64,000 bases of DNA from Cercozoa sp. M6MM (taxonomy: Eukaryota > Protista > Endomyxa: Ascetosporea), in assembly GCA_040357565.1 (NCBI GenBank), contig JBDODJ010000015.1. One strand, written 5' to 3'. Both the position numbers and the translations under genes were made by a program. The notes beneath the pieces were generated by a model. The model saw only the letters and a list, made by a program, of their open reading frames with translations, did not search any database and was not told the DNA's origin. Below, piece after piece: positions 54,490-64,000 of the stretch; position 1 is the first letter of the stretch; the number at the start of each line of letters is the position of its first letter.

Positions 54490-56200
54490 TTAACGTTGAC
54501 CCGAAGAAGCAGCTCCCTCGGCATATGATTTTACCAACGGGTAGAAATCAACGTGATGTCGCAACCACATTTCGCGTTCCTCCGCATCAAGTTGTTGTTG
54601 TGCGTGAGCGTGCAGTGCGTCGTACCACGCACGCGCCGATTCCAGGTCGAAGCTATTGCCGCTGAGTTGTAGCTGAAGCTCGTAACCTGTGGATTCACCT
54701 TCGCTTTGGATGTGCTGCCACACTCGGCAGAGTCCCACCAGCGCCTGTGACGGAAGTGCACAGTTTTGCAGTCGCAAATCGGTAAGTGACTTGCACTGCA
54801 AGAGTATTCTGCCCAACGGTCGCGTTGATCTAGACCCGAGGAGTTCGTTGCCCGAAAGGTCAAGCTCCTCTAGATATCTCTGCCCTGTGAGAAAACGACT
54901 CAACCACTCACATCCGTCTGAACCAATGCGATTGCCTTTTACTACCCAGAACAACCGTGGTGTCTCTTGGCTCATCAAAGATCTAAATTGGAGGGGACAT
55001 AGTACAACTGAGTGACGAGAGCGAGCTGGTCGAAGACTCAAGAACTACAGGATCGCTAGCTTCGCCTGTTTCCCCAAGTGCACTTTTCGACTGCTTGAGT
55101 CTAGCTTCTGCCGATAACTTTGCCAGCAGTTCGCAGCACTGGTCGTCGAAACCGAAGAAGTTCAGCGATAGTTGTTGCACACCATGCAGTGTAAAGCTCG
55201 GCGACGACTTCAAACGTTCCGTCGCTTTCGGTTTATCTGCTGCCCGAGAGGGCCACAGGCCTTTTGCAATGTGATGGACGACTTCTTTCACGTCTTCGCT
55301 TTGTATCAGCGGTCTGTCGAGGTTTAAGCTTGTGATTCTCGCTTGCTTTTGCACTGCAGTGAGTATTGAGACAACTCCGCGCATTCCAAGACTGCAACAA
55401 CCCATGTCTAGAAAGGTCAATGGCGCGCCACTTCGAATCGCATCTCCAATGCATTCTGCCCTACAAAAATTGTCGAGAAATAGTGTTACTGCTGCGGTTT
55501 TTCCCAAATAAAAGGTTTACCCTTCGTCACCAATCTGAACGTTCGCTCTCAAGCTTAAACTCGTCACTTGAGATTGAGGCAGGGCATGCGCCAACTCCCG
55601 AACGGCAACTGCATTGAAGTTGTTCCCATCGAGGAGCAGACTGCGAATCTTTGGCGTTGCGAGACTGCGAAGCTCAAAGCGGTCAGAAACTTCGTGCCAA
55701 GATGCTGATTCCGGAAGTCCAGCACCCTGAAGGGGCTCAGTTCGTTTTGCAAAGCCATAGCGATTGCGATTCCTGAATCACAAGAAAAATGACAGCAACA
55801 TGATAGAAACTCGCAGGTCACACGATTTTGTTTCGTCCAAGATTACCGAGCGTTTCAGACAAAGCAAAGCTTGACTTCGGTCCCTCGGACGTGTCAACTT
55901 CTAGGTTTAAGCTTAAAATTGTCGTCTTTTCCGGGTGCAAGCGCAACCGTTCAATCACGCGCTGATCAGCAGGGGAAAGCTCAAGCATTTCCCCTTTGCT
56001 CAGCTCTCTCCGTTTTTGTAGCACGACATCAGAAAACGTCTCGGAAGTAAAGCTCCCAGGAATTGTCGTGTTAGACATTGGACACTGCTGGCAAAGCTGT
56101 CTTCAGTTTCCGCAAGGACGCGTCTAGCTTCCTTAGGGAACGCGTGGTTTTGAATTTTAGTATTTCTACTGGTCCGCGCGGTGGCGAAGGTGCGTGACAT
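54490..56200 (-). CDS. RNI-like leucine-rich repeat protein
   Basis: LRR motifs LDFRNQHLG, LTFLDMGCCSLG, ITSLNLD, LEELDLSGNE, LTDLRLQNCAL and LQLSGNSF. Confidence 0.8.
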
Positions 56201-56280
56201 TACTCCCCCCAGACTCCACCACACACGGGCCAGGCGTTCAAGTAGAAGAAGATAATGTCAAAGTCGTTGAAACTGTATCT

Positions 56281-57751
56281 ATGATGTCAGCTCCAGGCGA
56301 GTGCGCGAGCACTACGCAGACAAAAAGCCGCGAAATGAAGCTTCAGATCCGACCAAGACAGCAGAACGACGTCGCAAAGACTGTCGTCACTTCTTGTAGT
56401 TTAAAGCCGAAGCTGCCCCAAAATTCACCGAAGAATGAAAAAAGCGAACGCATACCGAAAGAGGTACACCTCGAACTCGGTAAGTCGCGATCGCTGGCAT
56501 TCTGCTTCCCATTTCCTTGGGTTTGTGATCTTCCGATCTCAGAGTCTTGTAACGCCAATACGGTGCGACAGGCTGCTTTTTGCACTGGAAAGCTCGCCGA
56601 GTCGCGAGAACAAGCGCTCCGACTGAAAGTATCTGAACTCGAGGCTGAAAAAAGGTCGCTCCAGTACCTGTCGGCAAAGTTGCAACGAAAAATCGCTTCC
56701 TCAAACACGAACACCGAGGCCTCAGAAGCTTCGCATGCGCAGTTTCTCTCTTCGATCGACATTCTACAGTCCAACTTAGACAGTGCCATCCGAGATGGTG
56801 CAGAGTACTCTGCGGAAATTTCGAAACTGGTATCAGTCCACTGCGTTTACGGGCAACGCGAGTGTCACTTTGTTTTCCAAACTGCAGAAAAGCGAAAGAG
56901 AAGTTTCAAAAAAAGAGCTGTATGATTCTCGTCGCGTTATTGCAAAGCAACGTCAGCAGCTGCGTGAGCTTTCAAAGAAACTTCGCGAGTGCGAATCGTC
57001 GCTCACAACGGCTTCTGAAACGCTTGAAAGCCGCATGTACAAACTCAAAACAGCAAAGCTGCAACACTCGATGCTCAAGCAAACGCTTCAACGAGAAAGA
57101 ACGGCACATGCACAATGGACAAGCATAATCAACTCTGCGCTGCAACAGTCCCTAGAAAAGCAGGCTTCGCTCACGAAAGAACTGCAAGAAATACGACTGG
57201 CCAATCAGAGCACCAGGACGGAAAAGGCTCTGCGTGCTGATGTGGAAAGGTGTCGTGCGCAGAAGTGTCACCTAGAAACCAAGATCCAAGAGCTTATGGC
57301 GCGGTGTCAAATGCTCAAAAACGACAACAGGAGACTCATGGACGAAACAGAGGCCAACGCAAAAGTGTCTGGGTCGAGCTGCGAACCCCCAACTCCACGG
57401 ATTCGATTGACCAAGGCACAACCGCACTCAAACGACATGGAGTCAAAAAATGCCCAGTTTCGAATAAAGACCGTCAAATCGCTTCCGCTTCGTCGAATGT
57501 ATCACACTGCTGAGGTTCAAACAAAGAACTTCGGCGTCACCTCCTGTCAAACGAAGCAGCTTCAAATGATGCACTCGCAAGTCGAGCGATTGTCGGCTGC
57601 TTTAAGTCGAGCTTCGTCCCGAGAACAGCAAATGCGCGCTCACATGATCGACATGGGGCGCCAGTTGGATAAAATGCGATTGCGGATACAAAAGCGAGGC
57701 GACTATGCTCATGAGGGACCGTGCTCCGACCCAACTACCTTGTCACTATAA
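56281..57751 (+). CDS. Coiled-coil protein
   Basis: Long ORFs (56194-56925, 56783-57751) with heptad E/K/L/Q patterns, joined by short introns. Confidence 0.65.
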
Positions 57752-57793
57752 TTGTAATCTAACGCACTGACGCCACGTTAAACAATAAAGTGA

Positions 57794-57888
57794 GCTCGAA
57801 TTAGTGGCTTGTAGCTCTAAATTTAGTCGACATCAATGTCGTTTCGGTACCGCTGCGTGAAGTTAGAGCTGCAAGCCTCAATTCTAGC
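57794..57888. other. Long imperfect inverted repeat (hairpin) between convergent genes
   Basis: ggcttgtagctctaa (57806-57820) pairs with ttagagctgcaagcc (57863-57877): 14 Watson-Crick pairs plus one G-U on the + strand. It extends outward through gaatt/aattc and gct/agc. Confidence 0.85.
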
Positions 57889-57951
57889 ACAATTTAACAG
57901 CATTCTGCTTGTAGTTGCCTTCCAGTAAAATAACGTATCCTACTGTTTGGT

Positions 57952-59184
57952 TCAGGCTGAGTTCCCTTGCGAGTTGGCTGGGGTCACGTCAGAGCACTCT
58001 CTGGTCATGCTGGAGTACTCTCGTGCCTTACTGAGCACCTGCTCGCGGAAGGCCTCTGCGTGTTTTCCCTTCTTGCCAGGACACCTGCCTACGCCCTCGC
58101 GAAGCAAGTCATGGCGGCTTCGGCGGTTCTTGTGGCCAAACGGACCAACGAGGTCGCGCAAGCCTCGTTGCCACCTGGGAGAACACAAAATTAAAGCGCA
58201 TTGGCGAAGAGACGGAGTGAGGTCAGGCGTACACAAGCGCATCTTCTTTGCTGTGCGCAACTAGCAACAAGGCGCATGAGTCCACGTCCTTTTTCCTGTA
58301 ATATACGCCTGCTAAAGTACTCAAAGCACCGTCAGGAGTTTGCATACGTGGCTCCTGGGCAGATAACAGCGTGCGGTCCAAGCAACTTGCGCGCCTTCCG
58401 CGCGGCTGACCCCTCAAACCGGATCAACAAGTTGTAGCCAAGTTCAACGTCCTCATGAGCGGCAGTCTGCAGCAGGCCTGTGTCACTGGTGTGTTGCCCA
58501 AGACAGGTAGTCATGGCAATCGGAGGCACCCACTACCTGAAATTCAGAAAGAGAAAGTGAGTTCCACAAATGTACAGTACCTCGATTGATGAAGCAAGAG
58601 AAATTGGAGCGCTTCCGATGCCGAATTGGATACGCGAGGCCGAAGGGTCCAATTGGAGCAGAACACGGACAAAGTAGAAGTGCTCTTTGATGTTTGAATG
58701 CACGTAGCCACCGAAGCGATTGTTAGCTTTGCCGCAGTGGAGAGCAGGAGTTAGCAAGAAGAACTTGCTTCCAATAATCGAGACAAGTGCAAAGTGCAAG
58801 CGAGCACGTGAGTCGAGATCAGGCGGAACTTTTTCAACTACAATACTGGACAAAGGCACTATGTTGCCGCGACCTTCGGCGTCATTGTGGCTGTCAGTGC
58901 TCACAGTGACGGAAATGCTGCGTGACACTGTCGGAGTGCCTTCTCTAGAGGCACACTTATGCAACGCGCGACGAAACAATGATTCGTTGGTTTCGACCTT
59001 GCTTTCACTTTGCGTGCCTATCAGGAACGACACAATCCCAAAACAGTGTTCTAAGCAGGCAAGTAAATTCAATACGGGTGTCATTTAAGAAGGGCGGCAT
59101 TGACACTACTGTGTCCACTTCCACATCTGCCGTATCCTTCGAGATGGGAACGTATTGTGCTCGCTTCCACTGGGCGTCGGTCAT
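57952..59184 (-). CDS. Hypothetical protein with a C-terminal PH-like domain
   Basis: Spliced ..YNLLIRFEG..CALLLVAHSKEDALVWQRGLRDLV resembles the terminal strand and helix of a PH domain. The start is uncertain. Confidence 0.5.
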
Positions 59185-60037
59185 TGCAGGCACTCGTTTA
59201 TCCTGTCAGCAAAACTGACTACAGTACAGCTCACTCAGTACCTGAAACTGACTAGGAGTACCTGAGAGTCGACTAGACGACCGACGAATGCAAGACCGCC
59301 GGGAACCGCATCGTGGCTTTGTGTGTCTTTCAGGTGTGATAGCATCTAGCTGCGTCAGCACTTTCTGGCGTTTCGGCTGCGATTTATGTAAACTACTGCC
59401 ACAGAATCATGTCGGCAGTACCCATCCGACAGCACTTTCGGACTTCGACTATCAAGGAGAATGGGTGCTTGCAACATGAGGTTCTTTTATGCGCCATTGT
59501 CTCAAGACACTGAAGCGCGATGTTTTGCCTCATTACAGTTTCATCCGATCGCGAACAGCTTGCATTTTGCGCAAGTTTTATTCCTTAATGGAAATCTAAA
59601 TTTAGATACACTGTGCAACAGAGTCGGGGTACTGTCGTGTACAGTACTCTTTGTGCCTTCGCGGACTGAACTCGAACATGTAGTTTAAAAATTGTGCTCG
59701 ACTACCGAACATGTTTGCTAGTCGGAAAGAAACGCCATGCGTGTCAGTTTAGTTGTTCACATTCTTAGAGAAACGCGAAATCTGAAGTCTGAGCGAAACG
59801 CACAAGACTAGCTAAAACCAGGGGCGAAACCGAGTAGTAACGCTCAAACTCGGCAGGAAACGCCAAAACCCTGGGGAAACGCAGGATATGCGGGCAACGT
59901 GCCGTTCACAGCTCACCTTAGCTTTGTTTTGCGATTTAAAGCAAGTGCTACTGTATCCGCAACAAGGAGAGTCAAGCTCCTCAGGCAAGAACACCACACG
60001 AACCAAAGTTGACTGAACAAGAGACAAACTGAAGATC

Positions 60038-61710
60038 ATGAAGTTCACTGTCGCTACGTTAGCTGCCGCGTCGGCCACTGCTGTGGTTGCTCAGTACGAT
60101 GCCCACACCAGCAAGTACCAGAACATGGTGAGTCTCACACTCCGGAAATCCTTCCACCCATCCTTTGTGTTCATGGGTGAACTGTCTGAACTGTCTTGAA
60201 CTGTGTGATGTGCAGTACGCTCCCCACCCCACGACTGCTCCGTACGCACCGAGTGCGCATGCTGCGGTGCCGATGACACCCGAGGAGGTGACTTCGCAGC
60301 TCATGGCGCTGACCAAGAAGGTGGCCGATCTCGAGCACGTGGACACCGCACCTTCGGCCGGCGTGGGCTGTGCCTCGCAGTGCCAGTCGGCCATGGCGGC
60401 CAAGGTTCCGCACTTGTGTCCCAAGGTGAGTTTGAGTGTCTCTTTAATGTTGAAACTTCGCTGCAAAAATACTGCACTGTGTCCTGCTTTTAAAGCTTGC
60501 TGTGATTCCTTGCAGTGGTGCACTGGCTTGTCGGCCAAGCCGTCCGTTGCGATGTCCGTTTTGGCAGCGGAGGACAACTTGAGCGCTGACACGGCCGCGT
60601 GCTTCTTTAGCGGCATCTTCCAAGCAATCGGAGATAACACTCGCGAGCACTCGTCGTTGATGGGCTTCCGCGTTCCCATCGTCAAGAAGGCGACCAAAGT
60701 GCGTGCCTCGCTGCGCCTTGGAGTCGAGGGTGTCGTCGAAGATGACGACATCGCCAAAGTTCCATTCTCTGCACTTTCATTTTACTGTATATATGAACTG
60801 ATTGAAATGTGCTGTGTGTTGTGCTGTACCAAACTGTAGTTCTGGATGGCCAATGTCGACGACACATCACTCCCAAAACTCCTGCTCGATGCCACAGGGA
60901 CTCCTGCGGATATCACTGACTGCGCCAGCGACGGTCGCATCGTCGGTGAGCTGCTCAACAAGGGTCTTGTCGGTGAGGACAAGACCCTGGTCAAGACGCA
61001 GGTCGAGGGTGCACTGTTGGACATTGAAATGTCGACTGAGGTGCAGAAACTCGTCAACGGTCAGCACTGGCAGTTCAACAACATGGTAATGATTCTGCTC
61101 ACGTTCATGGACGCTGCTGGTAATCTTGGAAGTCGCGGTGAAGACGGGCCCCACCCTGTGGTACGGCACCCAAAAATCAAGTGAAGTTGAATCGGAAAGT
61201 GGTTGGACTATATATTGGGTGTCTGTTGCTTGAACCTAGGTCATTCCGTCGGAGATGCTGCTTAAGTTCGCTCGTCCTCAGCTCAAAACCAACAAGTGGC
61301 GCTACGGGTAGTCTTACTTTCAGTATACATACAGTGCAGTAGTTTCAACTGATTAACTTTCTGTTTTCTGTTGCCACCGTACTGTCCACAGAAAGAACCG
61401 CATGCCGAGCTACGGCTACGGACAGCAGCCGAGCTACGGTGGCTACGACAGCAGCGACTACGGACAGCCGCCTGTCTACGGCAACAGCTACGGCTCGAGT
61501 CAGTACGGTGGCTACGGCATGGACTACGGCACGGGCTACGACAACTCGTACGCCTCGTACGACCAGTACGACAACGGCTACGGCAACATTGGCGCCTACG
61601 GCAGCAGTTACGGTAGCAACCACGGCAGCGCTGGCTACTCGCAGGGCTACGACAACAGCTACGCTTCGTACGACCAGTACAGCGATGGCTACGGCCACAT
61701 TGCTGCCTAG
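60038..61710 (+). CDS. Secreted protein with Tyr/Gly/Ser/Asp-rich C-terminal tail
   Basis: Signal peptide MKFTVATLAAASATAVVA. GT-AG splicing joins HPV|VIPSEM..KWRYG|KNRMPSYGYGQQPSYGGY.. to the stop at 61710. The tail contains GYDNSYASYDQY twice. Confidence 0.75.
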
Positions 61711-61911
61711 AAATTAAACTGTGTGGCGTGTTATTAAGCAAGAACCTGAATCAAGAACCTGAATCTTGTGCACAAAGTCCAAAATGAAAGGTGACAAAAC
61801 TGCCCTGCACGGTTAGATGCTAGAATACCATGACTTAAATTAACACACTCGTGCACGAGTAGCTAAATTTACCAACCGAACGTAAACGAAACATCTCACA
61901 GTTTCGAATTC

Positions 61912-64000
61912 TCAAAAAACGGGCAGTGCGTTGTCGACGGCGGCGTCGGACGTGTCGACGGCAGCGTCCGAGTCGGCGCCGTGCTCGCGCTTGTGTCGCT
62001 CGAGTTCGCGCGCCTGCTTCTGGGCCGACAGGATGAGACCGACAAAGACGTTGGTGAACAGCACCAGGACGATCTAAACGATGGCGTGTACATTGAAACA
62101 TAAAAGTACAGTGTGTACAGTGTCTGCATAGTCAGCTACCATAGTGAAGGCGACGTAGAGCCAGGCGATGGCGTACGAGGTCGCCAGGATCGAGTTGAAC
62201 ACAGTGACATGCCTGAACAATGATGCATTTGAATAGTACTGGACAAGTCATGCCAGTCAAGAAAGAGACATCGTACAGGTTCTCAATGAAGAGTCGGAAC
62301 ATGGTGAGATAGGCCTCGGTCAAGTCGGCCCATCCAAAAGGACCGCGTCGACTGGCCGGCAAGACGCGCGTCCACGTGTCGCCGATGAGGTAGACGCCAA
62401 TAACACCAAAGACGTACCACACGGCCAGCATGCAAAGCAGCAGCGACGCGAACTGAGGCGCGATACGGTACAGCGAGAACACGATGCGTCGCAACGACAC
62501 CGATGACACGAACACGCGCAACGATGTCAGACACAGTGCGAAACGTGCCAAGTCACTGCTGTCGCTGTTGTCGCCGTTGCCTCCAGTCAGTACAATCAGC
62601 AGTGCCAGTACTGGACTGCCTAGCACCAGCACCAAGTCTGTTCGGTTCGCTTGCTGCCGGAAGTCCTTCGGCGGGTGCTACCCAAAACCAAGGACACACT
62701 CTAGAACTCCTACATAATACTGCCACGCAGCTAGTGTACCACAGTGTCGTGTTTCCAGAAGGCGAGCCAGCCCCAGCCGAGAATCTAAACAAACATTTAA
62801 TTCGCTGTTTGCGCTCGAGTTTGTGAAATTTCGCGCGAATTTGCGTCAATTTCGGCTGAGAGCACCTTGCTGCCGACTTCGAGAATCTGCAGGACCGACA
62901 AAGCGATCAACATGCCGTCTAGCTCGTCTTCGTTCCGTGCTGCACAATACAAAAACTGTCAAGTGCCTTCCGCGCGGACCCGACAGGTCAGTTTACCAAG
63001 ACCGTACTGTGCCAACACTAGAAGCTGCAGCAGCAGCACCAACTGCGATACCGTCACGGCAGCACGTGACATGCAGGCACGCCGACACACCTGCCAGGTT
63101 AAAGGGGAATTAAAGAAGAGTTAAAGGGGGATGAAAAGGGAAGATGACACCTGCACCAGCGGCCGCAGACAAGCCGAATCACGCGATGCCCAGGACCAGG
63201 CATTGGGACTACGACAGGGGGTCAAATGGGGTGGAGAAGGAGGTGTAAAGGGGTGTAAAGGGAGGTGTAAAGAGAGGTGTAAAGAGAGGTGTAAAGGGAG
63301 GTGTAAAGAGAGGTGTAAAGGGAGGGTGTAAAGGGTGTAAAGGGGGGTAAAGTTACGGAATATCTTGGTGACTCCTTGCGCGTAAGTACTCCTGACTGGC
63401 AGGCGAGCGGCGCCACCGGTCCAGTGCGCGCATCACACTCAGAAACAATCCGCGACTCATCACGGCTGCGCGGGGATGGGTGAAAGGAAGCAAGAGGGTG
63501 GGGGGGGGGGGGTAAAACTACGGAAATCACTGCCGACACATGCTGCGTGTCCCGGAGCAACTATACGGGGGGAGGGGGGGTAAAACAAGATAACAGAGGA
63601 AGGGAGCAAAGACACCCTGCAACATGAAGGAGGCCAGCAGGTCGTCGACGAGAGCGTCGCGCGACTCCTCGAGCGACAAGCGGCGCCGCAGAAACTGCCG
63701 CACCCTCTGCAGTGTCACTGTGCCTGTACAAACATATCGTACAAACGGACCAACGGTACACGGACACAAACGTTAAAAGGCAATAGTTAAGGGGGGCAAT
63801 ATTTAAGGTTGCAATAGTTAAGGTTGTAAGGTTGCAATGGTTAAGGTTGCAATGGTTAAGGGAGCAATAGTTAAGGGAGCAATAGTTAAGGGAGGACCCA
63901 CCTGCCCGCGCGAGTGACGCTTGCTGCTGCGCCGCCGCTTCGTCGTCGGCCTCGTCTATGTCGCCGTCGCCGTCCATGTCCTTGAACTGGAGGGAGGGGG
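61912..64000 (-). CDS. Two-pore-channel-like cation channel with EF-hand linker (3' part; starts beyond the window)
   Basis: EF-hand FKDMDGDGDIDE followed by S1-S6: ILEVGSKILGWGWLAFW, NRTDLVL, LTSLRVF, YVFGVIGVYL, pore WADLTEAYLTMFRLFIENLYD, and S6 LFTNVFVGLIL. Confidence 0.75.
63775..63895. repeat. 15-bp intronic minisatellite (gcaatrgttaagg..) in the channel gene
   Basis: Tandem gcaatagttaaggga / gcaatggttaaggtt units. A 12-bp (gtgtaaagrgag)n array lies at about 63240-63345. Confidence 0.9.

Overview
Gene-dense eukaryotic (protist-type) nuclear scaffold segment. It holds about 26 intron-rich protein-coding genes with short GT-AG introns and the standard genetic code, many of them in head-to-head pairs. 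All gene models were spliced by hand, so exon boundaries are approximate. Recognisable genes: a LolD/MacB-type ABC ATPase, a DFD-motif protein kinase, a secreted DUF5107-like protein, SQOR, SIN3, a TMEM33/Pom33-like protein with a CaaX end, SMC3, a divergent SNU13/L7Ae protein, Tctex1/DYNLT, an EVH1-CRIB-RhoGAP, DDX6 with a long Q/Y-rich N-terminus, a WWE-RING-DTC Deltex, an M12B metalloprotease, a TTLL, an LRR protein, a PH-like protein, a secreted Tyr/Gly-tailed protein and a two-pore-channel-like gene. The most interesting non-coding signals are: (i) a TPP-riboswitch-like element upstream of the kinase, with an intact pyrimidine-sensor half, an altered pyrophosphate-sensor half, and an adjacent candidate splice site and uORF; (ii) a dispersed intronic 12-mer (GTCCRTTTGTAC / GTACAAAYGGAC) that often sits at splice sites, together with intron-specific tandem repeats seeded from splice-site sequence; (iii) a 175-bp structured insertion flanked by an 11-bp direct repeat; (iv) a long hairpin between two convergent genes. 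There are three N-gaps. No rRNA, tRNA or CRISPR array was recognised.
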